Positions 1 to 14,745 of a stretch of 64,000 nucleotides of DNA are shown piece after piece. Position numbers and translations under genes: made by a program. Each line of letters starts with the position of its first letter. Positions within the stretch are counted from its first letter, which is position 1. The notes beneath the pieces are model-generated. The model was not told the DNA's origin and did no database searches. It worked only from the letters and a program-made list of their open reading frames with translations. This DNA is from Paraspadella gotoi (Eukaryota > Animalia > Chaetognatha), in contig CM119270.1 of the NCBI GenBank assembly GCA_051294375.1, positions 897,238 to 961,237 of the forward strand, written 5' to 3'.

Positions 1-3000
1 GGTTATGCAATTTTACCTTTATCGTTTTATTCTTATGTAATGAAAGCTTTGGACGGGCGAAAACCAATTTTGTTTTTGCGATTATTTGTAAACTGAAAGA
101 TAAGAATGTTTGTCGCGTGCGGTAGAGATCTTATCATCCGGAAGTGTCGTCTATCTCCATCTGAGTACTTGCCTTCCAGCCTCCTATTCTCCGCATATCT
201 CTTCTTCGTCTGAAGAAAAAGAAGTGAACAGAATTGCCGACTCCAGCCTTGGGAACAGACAACGAATACTTATTCGGTCGTCCGCAAAGAGACGCTGAAT
301 GACCGAGGAGAAATGCGTTCGGGGCGGAGGGGGGGCCCGGGAAGAGGCCGGCCTCAGAGAATGTGCGCGGGCGGACGTTTGTTGGAGGGTGCAATGCGGA
401 AGTGCAGGCACGTGGAGAACAGAATTAGGGATGATAGAGAGACGTTTATGTGTCCGACCTCATAATTCGTATAAGTTGGTTGGCTATTTGCTATTGGAGA
501 TTATTTGGCATTATGGCATAATTTATTATCATATCTGATATAAATGCTATTTTGAATGGGATGTCGATGGCCTGAATTCATATTGTGGTTGTTATTATCT
601 ATGTTGGTGTCTAAATATTATGTGCTGCGGACTTGATGTGAAAGGTGAAGTATGAGACTCTGTGTAGTAACGACAGTGGTGGTATTAGGAACTACAAAGG
701 ACAACACACCGGCTGGAAATTTCTTTAACAGTTAATATTTAGACTTATTTTGATGTCAAAGAAATGAGATCTTCTCTAAAAAGCTCAAACTTCTTAAACA
801 TTAATGAACCAGAACGTCACAGTTTAACTTTCCTCATCTTCCCTCTAAATACCTGTCCTCGATGTACCATCATCGTCATGCAGGCTCCTCTCCGTGTGTA
901 CACTCACCAGTACGGACTCACTACGCTGCTCAACCGCAATGCAAAGTAGCACGAAACAACAGTTAGCTCTAGCTCATGCACAGTAGCACGTCCCACAAGC
1001 TGCGAACCTCTGTTACCGAGATTTTAGACTTTCGTTATTTCCTCGACCGTTTTCCCAAATGAGCAAGTTTGTAATCGAATATTCGCTGATATCCCATGGA
1101 TCGGATACAGTCTCGATCTCGTGTCTGTCATTTATAGCTGCGATGCGACGTGTGTCTCGTTCTCTCAGTGCGTCATCCATTCCGTCGCTTCCTCTTTCCG
1201 TCTTCGTCGTCGTCCAATCATCGTCGTCGTCGTTGTCGTCACGGACTCTTTTCCTATAAATTCTATGCTGCTCTCCCTATATATCACCATGTCTTCAATC
1301 GAACCTCAAAGGTTCAATATATATCGACTCTGTATATTGTTCTTTTGACGTAAGTGATTTTTGTTTATTGGTTATTTGTCAGGACGTTCATTATTGATAT
1401 AATGGCAGTTAAAAAGATTGTGAACATCACTTGTGTGATCATTGATATTCGGTGCTTAGTCTCTCCGTCTTTGTCAATTATCTTCGTTTACGTTTTCTGC
1501 ATTGCGTCGTCGATATGTCTCACGTTCGTGTCCGTCAAGCGAGTCATCAGACTCAATCCTGCAGCTCGTTTTGGTCTGTGATTGCTTTTTCGGTATATCT
1601 TTGCTCGCTAACGTCTAATGAAAATCTCCTCCTCTCTCTCTCTGTGTGAACTTTTATTAATATGAAAGTTCACTGTCGAAAATTAATTTTAATTTATTTT
1701 TATTAATATGAAATTCACTGTTCCGAAAATTAATTTTAAATTAAATTTTAAAGCTAATTTTTTTCCGCGACTTACCAGTCATGGTTCATTGTGGCACTGT
1801 GTATGTGCAGTAAGGCGTAGTGAAGGTACGTACGGAAAATTCTAAAAGGTCAATTATGGTGAACAATGCAACCATCAGGAAACATTAATTTGTAAACAAA
1901 AAATTTAATTTTATGTTTTTTAATTTTCGCAGGTGGCTATACTTTTGATTCTTATCTAATAGTAATACAATCATTCTATATTAAATCCGAAAAAGGTGTA
2001 TATAGGCTTATATATATTAATACTTGTAGATTCATGATATTCTCGAGTGCCTCGCTCCAAAATGTCTGATAAGAAGAAGAAAATAAATAACAGGATCTTT
2101 AATTTATATTTGTATGTAAAATTTCTTTTATTAAAAACTCAGGGAAGCTTAAATAGAATTTACCTCAAATCAAACTAATTATTCTACTTAATATATAAAC
2201 AAAGTTAATTTTTCAGCTTAAAATATTAGTTTTTTCTCATTTTTTGGACCCCAACTTGAAGAAGCTCTTTTTTTACACAGAAGTTTATATTTCTTTTCGT
2301 TCTCAACCTCGCTCAAATTTCATTATGAAGAATTCCTCCCTAAATTTCTCAAACCCACTAAAATTTAAATATCCGTGGAGATAAAAACACCTGTTTTTTT
2401 TGACAAATATTTAAACCATATATATTGTTAAGTACTAGAGCTCATAATGGTCTACATGCCTTTCATGCAATTGTAGCCAAGTCTTATTATAACAAACTCA
2501 TCATTTTGATCCTAAGCATCAACTATGTTTTCTCCCACAAACTCACCTTCACCATATTAGGGTACAGCATTTCTTGCTTAAATCGTTTGTTTTGCCTCGT
2601 TCCGTCCCACCGTTTGTAAGAATTGTGAGAATAATAATAAGTATAACATTTGTGTATGCACGTAAATTAGTTTACATCACAACAGCTCTCAGTAGTGTGC
2701 CCAGTACACTGTGGTCACTTCCCACTGCTGAATGGGATATCTCGTTTCAAAGATCGCCCTATTTGCAATTTTCTTCCTCCGGAGTTTCGATAAAACATGA
2801 GGAAAAATTGTCGACGTAAAACATTCTCTAAGACTAAATCATCACTCATGCACCGGAAGCATATTAAAAGTGTAAAAGAGTTCGAGCAAAAGTAATAGGT
2901 CTATGAATGTAGGAAAAGAAACTTGAATTAAGAATGGGTCTCTCCTCTCTTTTCCCTCCGCATACCTGTTTGTATTTGGTTTTGGACAGGATCTTCTTAA

Positions 3001-5700
3001 CGGGGCTCTGATAAAATGATCATATTAAATTTTCTCTCAATCCCAGAAGTGAATTAAGTCTCTTTATATAGCTCCTACAAATCTCATAGCCAGACATTAT
3101 AATAATTTTCCTCGTGTGGTACAAAATTCTTAATGTTTCTTAACTAACCGGTAGGAAGCAGAGGCTTCAGTGGTGAGGCTCCTTTTAAGCAGAATATCTA
3201 CAGTGAACCATTGTGATGGCTGCATGCTCTATAGCGTATGTACAAAAAGATCTTATCTAAGGTAAATAATCTCTAACATAAGAATTAAATTTATGAAAAA
3301 GGTGCAGGGAATACCTAACTAACTTCGAACAATCCCTTATACTTATATACTCAAGACATTTATGTAATATAAAATTGAAAAATTTTAATAAATTTACAAT
3401 TTACGCAGTAGACACAATTTATACCTAGTCACTAATCCAATAAATGTTAAAATTTTAAAACAGTTTTTCCTAAGAATTTTTTTGGTAGGTTGGGGATTCG
3501 TCATAAAAAGTTGTAAAAAGAAATATACTCTTTTTAAAAATTCCTTCATTTAATGGTTCAAAAAATGAGAAAAAAAACTATATTTTAAGCTTGAAAATTA
3601 ACTTTTTATTATTAAATATAGTTTTTTTGTAATTTTAACCCATTAATGAAAGAATTTTTCAAAATAATTATATTTTTCTTTTACTCAACTTTTGACGAGG
3701 AATGTCATAATCTGCAAATTCAAAAATTAAGAAAAGGCCTATTTTGAAATTTTTCGATTTTATAAGGATAGTACTATAGTATTTAAAATATAGCCTACTG
3801 CGAAAATTAAAAAAACATTAAAATTATTTTTTTACAAATTAATGTTCACTGATGGTATGTCTGGTTTCTTTTTTACATAATTGACCTTTTAATTTTCGAT
3901 ACGTAACTTTCACTTTACGCCTTACTGCACACTGCACAGTTGCACAACTGACCATACTGTAAGCGGGAAAAAAATATTTAAAAAATTAATTAAAATTAAT
4001 TTTCGACAGTGAATTTCATCTTATAAAAAGCATTAAATAAAAATTAATTTTCGACACTGAATTTCATCCATTTAATAAAATTAAATTAAAATTAATTTAT
4101 CGACATGAATTCCATATTATATAAAACGATAAAGCAATGCGACGACGAAAACGGGCGATGATATATGACGTTCACGGTGACCAACGACGTGACAATAACG
4201 ACGACAATGACTAGAAGTGTGGTAATACGAAGATAGATGACAAGAGGAAGACAAAGATATGACAAAGATGGACTAAATTTACTGCGGACAAATAACAATG
4301 AAACCAAAAAAAAAAGTATTATCGCAAAGAAATTATCAAAAAACGATTACTTAAGTATTTGGGAGATGGAAAAAATGTGGTGAAAAGATTTGAAAGAATC
4401 GGCCATGTGAAAACGGCCGCAGACGAGTCAAGGAACGTGACGAACTGAATTGATGACGGAAACGACGGGAAGACGAAGAGGAAGCGCCGATATTGGAGCA
4501 TGATACCGAAGCACACGAGAGGTGAAGAGGAAGGGGCGCGATTGAAGTGAGCGACGACGCATCAAGAACGGAACACGCATCAATCGTGCGAGATAACCGT
4601 TGCTTGGAGATACTAAACAGTTCAGTAAAAATGCCTCTTACACTTATGCGGATGAGATCTGGTCGAGGAAATTAAGTGAGAAAGTCTCACCCGGACGTAA
4701 GGTGGGCAGATAGGAGGAACGTGCTATCGTGCTGGCGCATGCTACGATGCTCTCGAGTCATTACTCAGATCTCAGCTGCGGATAGAGGCGATGTGAATCT
4801 TCGCTACGTGAGTGTCGCGCTCGGAGGAAAGCGTCTGCTAAATAGTCGAAGAAGAACAAGGAACTCTCGGAAAAGATGTTGGTTACACTCGCATCAATAA
4901 CTCAAATTAGACGAGTAATTGATAGATGTACAAATTCTCTCGAGTTCAATAAAAATAACGTCAAAATTTCACTATACTGTTGATAATAGATGCAGCCTCA
5001 GGCGTTGATTATATTTAAAAAATGTTGTATTCCTCGCGGTTATCAGTTTTGTGGATAAGTCAAATCCTCTTAACGAACTTAACACCAAACAATCTCCAAA
5101 CTCGTAGTAGCTACCATTCATAACAATAGTTACATCACAAATAGAAAGACCCATGATTAATATAGTCTTTCTAATGCGCACAGAGTGAATAATTAAATGG
5201 AATAAATAATATAAATAATTTAATAATAGATAAATTGGGTAAATTACAATAATAAATAAATAATAAATAATGAATATAATAAATGAATATAATTATGAGA
5301 AATGATTTAAGTGAATTATTCTCAATAATGCATCTCATTTCAAATGAGTGAAATCTATAGCAAGACCCTTGCTTGCGCATCTCCTCATCGGCAACCTGCT
5401 CCTCCTCACCGTTCTCTCTCCCACTCCCCACGCTTCTCCGGTGCGGCCTGACCCCCGAGTTTGGACTAGAGCAACTTCACCACCGCACTCCGGAACCTAC
5501 TCCTCCGGTTGTTCCTTTATTCCAGCGTCTTGCTTTCGATCGAAACGCCACAAAAAATTTCCAAGACATGCCTTTTTGCTCCCTTTTGGCGGCCATACTT
5601 TTTTTTTTTTGATGCAGATGAGAGATACCGAGTAAGTAGAGAGAGCGGGGAGAAAAGAAAGCAGCATGACGAAGAGGCCCAAAAAAGAAGCTGTTAGCAT
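1..5700. repeat. Degenerate fold-back (inverted duplication) centred near 2950; probable uncorrected-read artefact
   Basis: 1781-1860 is a noisy reverse complement of about 3876-3956. Similar matches pair about 2310-2350 with 3480-3515, about 2780 with 3110, and about 270-320 with 5490-5550. Differences are indel-rich and there are no ORFs. Ends are approximate. Confidence 0.7.
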
Positions 5701-8700
5701 AACGACAATGCTGAAGACAATGTGGGGTAGCAGGCGAATGGGCAGTGAGAGGTGCACGGTGGAGAGATCAATGTTTTGAAGAGAGAGGAAAAAGAGGTCT
5801 AGTAGCAGAGTGGACCAGTAGGGGACGAGAGAAAAGTCTAATAGAGAGAAAAGAGTGAAGAAGATTTCTTGAGATTTGATGTTGATGGTGGAAGCAGAAA
5901 AAGAAGGAGAAGAAAGGACAAAAAGGAAAAGAATAGAAGGGAAACTTGAGATCAATCTAAAAGTTGGAGAGAAGACCAGAGAGGAGGCACAAAGAGAAAG
6001 AACACCCAGCATTTCTTGAAGCATTTTCGACCCGAACTATCTCATAGTACCGTAAAGAAAAGAATAAAGTCGTCTTTGATCTTATTTTTCCTAGTAGAAT
6101 CAGAATTTTTTGTGATGTGTTAAGGTTTATATGAATATTGGAAGATAATGGGATTTCTGGGAGTGCTTAGCGGACGATGAAATTGCGTACAAATAAATGT
6201 GCTATTTATACAATATCGTGAGACGAAGCAAAGTAAGCCTGAACACGCTGTGTCCTGACTGGAAGAAAGATGAAAGTTAATAGATATCCAAAACACTCGA
6301 CAAAGCGTAACAAAATAACATTTATATATAGACGATATCAACATCTCATCGAACGGAGGCAAAGAAAACTAAAGGAGAACTAGATAGAAAAGAAGAGCGT
6401 ACTCTGTGCAGGCACAACGCAAATTCCCCGGTTTATCAAGCTACGTCAATCTATTGACCGTCCGAATTAGCAGCTTCTCAAAGCTAAGAGCTGATGTTAG
6501 TAAATTGAAATGATGGAATTCCAATCCGTAGTCTAAATTTACTAAATTTGAAATTAGATATTGGACATTGTTTCACAAACAAATCTATCCTCCAAAACAA
6601 TTATTCGACTCAAATACTCTGAACCGAACAACATAAGCACGACAACAAACAATTATCTCGAACGTCTTGCTTCATTGCAGACGAACGGAAGAAATACCGA
6701 AGGTTCTCCAGAAACCTCAATCTTATCTTACGATATATGCCATAAACACCGTAAGAAGCCTGTATTGGTCGGAACGTTCTGAACAGAGAGTCAAAAGGTT
6801 AGCAGTAGGTAATTCTAAGAAGCTGTGCTCACTGGCCTCCGCAGAGATAGGCAGGGCCCTGTAGGCTGCGCGAGCGTAGACTTTGGAGGAACGTAAAAGT
6901 GTCGTGAAAGACAGTCTTATGCGAACTCCGGGCGCGGGGGCCATATCTAAGATTGCAGTACTGGTAAGTCACGTATTTACCACTTCACTAAGATCGTTTC
7001 CTATCCAACGTGTCTTCCGCACTGAGGTATCTGTCTGCTCCTTGTATTGCTACTTATATTCTTACTTCCACTCTATACTGGCTGACTGTATGGATTTGAA
7101 GTTATCATTTCCACTCTCTCTCGCACCTTCCCTCTCCTAATACATCAGTCCTCTTTCACTTGTTATTCCTTTGTTCATGGCCTAAGATTTAATACTTTCT
7201 CCCTGTCCTCATCCTGCTACATCACCTCTCTCCCACTGTACTCGTCTCCTTCATCACACCTCTCCGGCTGCTCGACTTCCGAATGGGAGACTCGCGTACA
7301 ATACTGTATTTTTTTGGTTCCCTGGTGGCCGATTTGCCCCCTGTGGAGTCTTCCCAATAACATCACTGGCTGAAGACATTTTTTCTTGGAGCGATTCTAT
7401 ATATTACTAACAACGATGCAAGCCCCTCGAAAACAAATGAATTCTGTGGCGCCATACCTTCTAATTCTCTATATTTCTTATTTACTCTCTCTCTCAATAC
7501 CGAGTAGCGACAAACTGTCAGACCAGTATCTCACTGAGTGAACAACATGACTGAGTGAGAGCAGATACTACGCTCTGGAGCAGCGCGTTATAGAGAGACA
7601 TCATTTGAACTCAAATATCCATACAACGCTGCGAACCCTAGCCTCTTTTGTCCACATCAAGAAGCGAGGACATGTGGAGAAGTCCGGCAGGACAAAACTG
7701 AGGACTTCTCCGGACACTGATACAGAGTCTGTCAGATATGGGAGAGCAAGTAACGGAATGGTGCGAGCGGCGAAGCAATGATTCGAGGCAAGAGTTGACT
7801 AAAACTACACCTATCTCCTGGACTCAACGCGCAAGGGCTGATACCTCTATTTCTGATCAGACCTCTGCGATATTTGGTTTTAAGCTGAATCTTTACTTGA
7901 GTTCCTTAGTCTTTAGTCGAACACCTGTACCGAGTAACTGAGTCAAGACAAAAGCAACTCTGCGGCGGTCACGCTTGGACCCTGAGTGATTCTAGGCTCC
8001 TAGAAACGGGACAAGAGATACCAAAAGCTGTAACAAGGGGAACGCGACCTGGAACTATCCATCGAACAAACACGAAAGCACTTGACTCAATCGAAGAGCA
8101 GGCAAACATATGGAGCTAGTATCTCGTCCTCAGTGTGGGAATGTATCTCGGAAAAGAATGAACAAGAACGCCTTAGGATGTAACGACTCGAGAGCACGTT
8201 ATCGCCTTACAGCACCAAAGGGCTCTGAAAATGAGAAGCAGATGAGATGGAATGCGCTCAAGTATAATACGTAATCAAAGACAGTCAAGTGATGCCGCTA
8301 AGCCGAGCAGCTACAGAGTGATGCCATTTGGGCCGAATCTGTCGATATCCTGTCAAATCGATAAAACATCGACCTTTTATACTAACAATTCAGCAGAGAT
8401 GCGCCAGCGCGGCTGATGGAGGAGGATATCTGCAACCAGAGGTGCAACTTACAGATTGTCCAATGTTACTTTCAGTAAGCAGACCTCTTGGCTTCCCGGC
8501 CCTACATTCGCAAAAGAGTTTGCGCAACCGCCTTTTTGTAATAAAGAGTTTTTTGGCTCTTTATGAGACGAAGTTCAAAGATTTAGCTACCTTTTTCTCG
8601 ACTCGTCAGGCAGAAATAGACCACTTTCTTAACATTATATGAACTCCTAAGGAATTAGGAGTCTAAACGTTGCTTAGATAGATAACGAGCTGGGCGAACC

Positions 8701-11700
8701 TGGGACATCTAAGTCCGAATACTGTGATTCACTACTGTCCATGTAGTGTGTGATATAATGAATCCATCTAATTCCTCTTCCCAAGAGTCCATTATTGACC
8801 TTCCAAAGACTTCGTGTGTAATATCTACTTGGCTAATCTACAGAGGCAAATTCGCAGCTGCATGTTTCGTGAGCTAGGCATCCGGAAGAATAAATACATG
8901 GAGAGAGATGGTACCGTTTATAGTCTACATAGAAGGCGAGTTTCTCTCCAAACGGCAGTGGCGTTAGGCCACCATCTCGTACGCATCTCCGCTAACGGCC
9001 GTAACTGAGGTTGGATCACATGCCTGGCGTAGCTCATATTGAACCTCAAGTTCCACCCTCTCCGCCGGCCTGATTACCGATCTGCTTTGGTCAGGGTACG
9101 ATCTTCATAGCTGTTGTTTCGCTCCAGAGACACTGAAACTCTGCCGATCGACGACATCGAACTCTCTCATGTCGCCCACCCAAGTCCACGTGAATCTGAC
9201 GTCAAACACAGCGCAGATCAGTGTCCTGTGCCGTGCAGAACAGAGAAAGAGAGGAGACTGGACGATCGAAATGGAGAGCCTGCAGGAACGCACGCGCTCA
9301 CTGCGCGACGAAGACGTAGGGTCCGGGAAGAGCCCAACTTTGCTAGCGCCCCTACTCCGAACGAGGAATACAAGATGATCCGCAGCGACAGTACAGCATC
9401 ATGAGGATACACACACAACCGCACTGCGATGCGGGGGTCAGCGTCCGTCGGAATGGCGGGCTCCCTAGCTCTCATGCTGATAGCCTCAATGCCGTCCCTA
9501 CGCCGCGGGAGAGGCCGACCGCCTGCAGCTCCTTGTGACGTAGCGCACGACCGGTACTCTCAGTAGAAAATAGTGACGAAGCAATAATGTGGCTCTGTAG
9601 GCCGTAACCGAGGTACTCTCCGTTAGATGACGACTTCCTATAACACTCATATATCGATCAGTGGGCGCCAGAGCGACCCATGCAAAGATGAAAATAGAAA
9701 CTAGTCAGCTCCGATGATCGTATGTTGCTGACATGATAAGTTCACATTGGCGAATAACGTTCGCCGATCTAAGTAAGACCACTCGTCTAGGGAGAATAAG
9801 TATGGGTACTCGTCGTGGAAGTGGGACATCAGTTCCGCTCATGTAATTGAACCTGAAGGACGAGCAGAATTAAGCGAACCGGTAGCATATCGGAGAAAGA
9901 CCCAACAGAGACAAGCGAACGAACGCCAGGAGAGAAATTAGATCAGGCTCAAAGCGACAGAGGGAGAGAACTCTTGACAAGTGATCGAAGAACGGAGGTA
10001 ATTGGAGCATAATCTCGACGAGAGACAGGAAGAAACAGTTCACATGATCGATGTTTCCTCCGAATACAAAAAAACCAAACGAGGCGAGAGTAGAGTAGAG
10101 GGAATGACCAATTCCTCGAAGAAATTAGGATACAAGATGAGCTTAACAGAACGGGCAGGGTGCTGAACGGAGGAAGGGGAAGAGAAAAGATAAGAAAAGC
10201 ACAAAGTCAATAAAGAACACCAATTGCGGATAAGCCGAAGAACATGACATGGTTAAAGGAGAAAAAGTTCCGACTGAGATCAACTATCTGAATAAAAGGT
10301 CCATTTCAGGCATGAATTATCTTCCAATTTTTGTATTGAAATAAGCCAAGCGAAGAGGAAATAACATTACTATGTCGTAAAGGCTGTAATATCCTCCATC
10401 ATCATTGGAAAATGTGCCAAAGCGAGGGAACCCCGAATCTGCCGGAAATAATGGATTTGACACATGAGTGGACGATTTTCCAAGGCACAGATATCAGATT
10501 CCACTGAGTCCGGCACACCTCCGGGTCGGGCAGTCAGCGGTGACCAAATAGTAGAGTGTTACATCACAGAAAATGGACTGGAGAACCGGACAGTCGCTAA
10601 TAGAGAAAGGAATTAGAGCAAAAAAAGGAGCGGAATGTTCCAAATCTCGTTGCAATATTGAGAAGTGACTGGAACTCACAGAGAGAACTTAGGAGTGACA
10701 AGGCGCTCAGCTATGAAGCGAATGACAACAGTCAAGACCGAGGTGGAAAGAAGTCTGATCTATCTGCCACCATTGACGAGTCTCAAATATCAGATTTACA
10801 ACTCTCACATAAAGATCGTAGCTTTAAGGCAAACATCTGAGAGAAGTTGAATACGAAGTTGGTGGATGGCGAGCCATTAAACCAAGGAAAGTTCCCGTAA
10901 TATTTAGCCAGACAAAAAAGTTCTCCAGAAAGAATCATTGGAATAATGCAACAGGCGTCCTGGATGTGAGTGTAAAAAAAAAAAACAATAATTGATTAAT
11001 CTTGGAAGGGAAAAAGAGGAAGTTACCAGATTAAGCATGAAGCTTTGCTTTCTATCTATCGGGACTTTAGCATTCCTTCGTCACCGCATCTCTTCAATCA
11101 TCTTGACTTTCGATCGTCAAGAATAACGGGGCCGAATGAATCGACGATTATAGGAGCAGACTGACGCCGCTTATAGGAGCAGCGACAATGCCGAATGTAG
11201 CTCGGGGGGTTGCTAGAAGAATCATTAACCCATTAGTGCTCTATCAAAGTCAGGGGCAACATATTGTTTATTTAAGGAATGGATGAATTTATATTTGATT
11301 ACGTAGCTTTGCTGATTTTATCACGACAATAACTGAAAAGTAGAGGCAAAGGGCAAAGCTAAATTTGCTCCAGTCCGTGACGAGGGCTGGAGCGGCTTGT
11401 CGCCTATAGGAGCAACCTTTTCCGCCCGTGCGGACCTTGGCCTCCTGGAAGTGTTCGCTTTTTTGGCCACGGTTTGTGTCATAATTTTTTTTTTTTAATT
11501 AATAAAAATGGTTTAATTTTTTTTTCAATAAGGATGATACTTAATATAAAAAATGGGATATATTTAGATTTAAATGAAAGTTTTTAACAGTGCATTTAAA
11601 ATTCTTATATTATAAAATAAAAATAAAATGAATAATTATTATTAATATTAATAAATTTTTATAAGTTCTAATAAATAATTAGTTAGTTAATCTATTTATT

Positions 11701-11909
11701 AATATTTTAATTATATTTAAAATATTAATTTTATAATATCAAATATTATTATTTAAAATTATATATCATAAAATATTTATCATATTTTATTATATGTTTA
11801 TTATGTAACAGAGCTAATTGGTCTTTAAATAATAATATACTTAGCTCGGTTACTATTATACATATCATAATCTAAATATTATCTTTAACTTTAATAATAA
11901 AAAAATTAT

Positions 11910-12780
11910 TATAGTACAATACTTTAGAATATATATTTTTGCTTAAATATAAATATTTTATTTTAAATAAAAATATTTAATAAAATATTAATTTTTTTTA
12001 AATAAATTAACAATTTAAAAAAAAAATAAAATAAATAATTTTTAGTTTAATCTACTGCCTCGACCGTGACCACCTACGTGAAAAAACGTTAAAACGTTTC
12101 TTATTTCTTTTTACATCAAAAGTTCGTTTCCCCTTTTATTTTTCAATTTCCCGCGTATTAATCTCGTCGGCGGGCGGGCGGGCGGCGGCGGGCGGCGTCG
12201 TCAGCGCCGATCCGGTCGGCGACCTTCTCCATTTCATCTCTTCCGGCGCCGGACGGAGTTCGTTTCTCGACGTAAGTGGCGCCGAGGGGGAGGCTGCAGC
12301 GGCGGCGTCCCCGAGAGAGCCTATTATAGTAACAATACTTTACGAATATATAGCTCTTCTTTGCTTAAATTATTCAAAGTATTTATCTCTTAATACAACA
12401 ATATGTTAACGTAAAATATCTAAGTTTGTTTAAATAAATATACACCAATTCTAAAAAAAAATAAAATAGAATAATTTCTAGTTTAATTGCCTACTGGCCA
12501 TTCGACCCGTCACCACCTCCTACGTGAAAAACGTTATAAACTGTTCTTATTTCTTTACATCAAAGTCGTCCCTTTATTTTCATTTTTTCGACTTTCCGCG
12601 CTACTTACATGGCTCGCTCGCCGTGGCGGGCGGGCCGCGCCGCGGCACGGGCCGGCGCTGCGTCCCACGCGCCGATCCCGGATCGGGCGACCTCTCTCCA
12701 TTTCATCCTCTTCCGGCGCCGGACCGCGAGGTCTATGTCGTTTCTCGACCGTAAGTGGCGCCCGGGCCGGGAGCGCTACG
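11910..12780 (+). repeat. Noisy tandem duplication of about 420 bp
   Basis: The run tagtttaat...cacctacgtgaaaaa...ttacatcaaa...ccatttcatc...cgtaagtggcgcc occurs at about 12043-12283 and again at about 12479-12762, with many indels. Confidence 0.7.
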
Positions 12781-13263
12781 CAAGGCGGCCGGCGGTGGAG
12801 GCGGCGGCCGGCGGCGGCGCGCGCGGCCGCGGCGCGGGCGCGCGCGCCGCCGCCGGCGGTCCGGCGCCGCGCGGGGCGGCCGGCGCGCCGGCGCACTGTC
12901 CTCTCTCGGGCTTTCTTTGTTTCGCGCGGTTCTGGACCGATCCGCTTGCGCTGCGATGACGTCGGGGCAAGAGAGGAGAGAGAGCAGAGGGACGAACTGC
13001 AGAGCACGAAGACGACGCAGAGAGACGAGGAGAGCACCCGAGCCAGAGTAGAGAGCAGAATCACAGAACACGTGACCGATCTTCCGCAACAAGAAACTCG
13101 CCAACACACCTACCGGTCGATACCTTACCCTCTCTTTCTCTCCTCCTCTCTTCTCCTCATCTCCATTCATCTCATCTCTCCTCTCTCTCTCTCTCTCGTT
13201 CCTCTCCTGTCCTCTTTCTGCTTCCTCTTCTTCTGCTCATGATTCGCCCTAACAAACCGAGGA

Positions 13264-13288
13264 NNNNNNNNNNNNNNNNNNNNNNNNN
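13264..13288. other. Assembly gap
   Basis: Run of N. Confidence 0.99.
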
Positions 13289-14040
13289 AAAAAAACATTA
13301 CCACGGCGACAAAGTAAAAACCCCGCGTAAATAAAATGAGAAAACGAGAGAAAAAAAAAGAAAAAAAAGAGAAAAGTTATTATAATAAATTGAAAAGGGA
13401 AATAAAGAAAAAAAAACACATCGAAGGAAAGAATTTGTTTTTCGCGCCAAAGTTTTTTCTCGTTTGTGAAGAGAATAGAATAAAATTCACGTGAAAATTA
13501 TAAGCGGTACGTTCGAGGAGTTGCGCTACAGTAGCTTTATTTTGTATTTGCTTTTCTTAATGATATCGAGTAATGGTACCATGTATTAACTCAAAAAAGC
13601 AGGATTATCTAAGTAGGAGTGGAGGACACTTAAAAAAATACTGTAAAATGTTATACCACTTTATTGATAAGGAAGCTATAGGTATACTGGGAGTAAATAA
13701 ACGAGACTGTGAAAGAGTCTTGATTGGAAGCTTGAAAGGTCCTGCTATGTAAGGAGGGAGTCTTTAAACCATCATAGCTTATCCAAGATAATTTATTTAC
13801 TATATAAATATAAAATTATTATATATATAAATAAATATATATATATATTGTAGTAGGGCATAGCAAAGTTCACCCCGCCTATAAGCAATGACGACCTTCA
13901 GTGAGGGTGGAGTGATGAAAAGATTGAGTGATTGAACATTATTTTTTTGCTGCCTATGGACATATAATTAATGAATTTTAAATCCATTTAAAAATTTTTT
14001 TAGCATAACAGTATATAGGCAAATTCAATTATTTATGTAT

Positions 14041-14398
14041 GTAATATCCTTATAAAATCGTCAAAATTTCAAAATAATTTTTTTTTTATTTTTTAAGAAA
14101 CGTGATTTTGGATTCGCTGTAAAAAACTACAGAAACTTGTTTATAAAATGTTATAATGATATTTTAATGTTTAGACCACAAAAAATGACTTAAAACGTTT
14201 TAACATATATAGAGTTTCTACTACAGAGAATAAAAAAGTCCGGAATTTTCAGTTTTTTTCTTATTTTAAACATTGAAGATGACAGAATTTTGATAACATG
14301 TTTAATATTTTTGATTCACTTTTTATGAAGAATCTGAATCTTTATAAAGTTTTAATAAATTATTTTAAAAAATTTACTATTTTATAAGGATATATTAC
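14041..14398. mobile_element. AT-rich MITE (non-autonomous DNA transposon), copy 1
   Basis: Terminal inverted repeats gtaatatccttataaaat ... attttataaggata(ta)ttac. A second copy lies in the opposite orientation at 27761-28109. Confidence 0.7.
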
Positions 14399-14560
14399 TA
14401 CCGAATATATTATATTTTACTATTTCTGTTCCCGGACGATAATATGAACAAAATATTTTTTCTAACTAGTTAATCATACTATCATCACATCTAAATATCA
14501 TTGTTCGATCATATTCAAAATAATTTTTTGTTCTTGAGTGCTCCACTCTAACCTCAGTCG

Positions 14561-14745
14561 TGACCCGGTGGCTCATTGAGTAAAAGCCATCATCTGCATG
14601 ACCACTACGTACCGGGTTCAATCCCAACCCGGTACCTACTCCTGCGGGAAGTGTGAGGACGGCCGTAATGCCGCCTTGGGGGCGTGGAAAACCCTCAAGC
14701 CTGCGTTCCAAGGCCCAGGACCCGTTCATGTCTGCTAGAGGGGGT
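14561..14745 (+). mobile_element. tRNA-derived short element (SINE or solo LTR) with a downstream type-P5 twister-like fold at 14644-14725
   Basis: A-box-like TGGCTCATTGAG and B-box GGTTCAATCC (14615-14624), then GCGGG-AA-GTGT-GA-GGA...TAA-TGCC-GC-hairpin-CCTG..TTCCAAGGC..CAGG-A-CCCGT. Confidence 0.6.

Noticed and set aside
5700-11900. Moderately GC-rich stretch with short ORFs, possibly a decayed transposon or gene
   Set aside because: No recognisable motif in any frame. The sequence looks error-ridden, so no call is supportable.
12487-13242. GC-rich 251-aa ORF and overlapping ORFs
   Set aside because: Low-complexity GC and CT repeats next to a gap, inside a noisy duplication; no homology.
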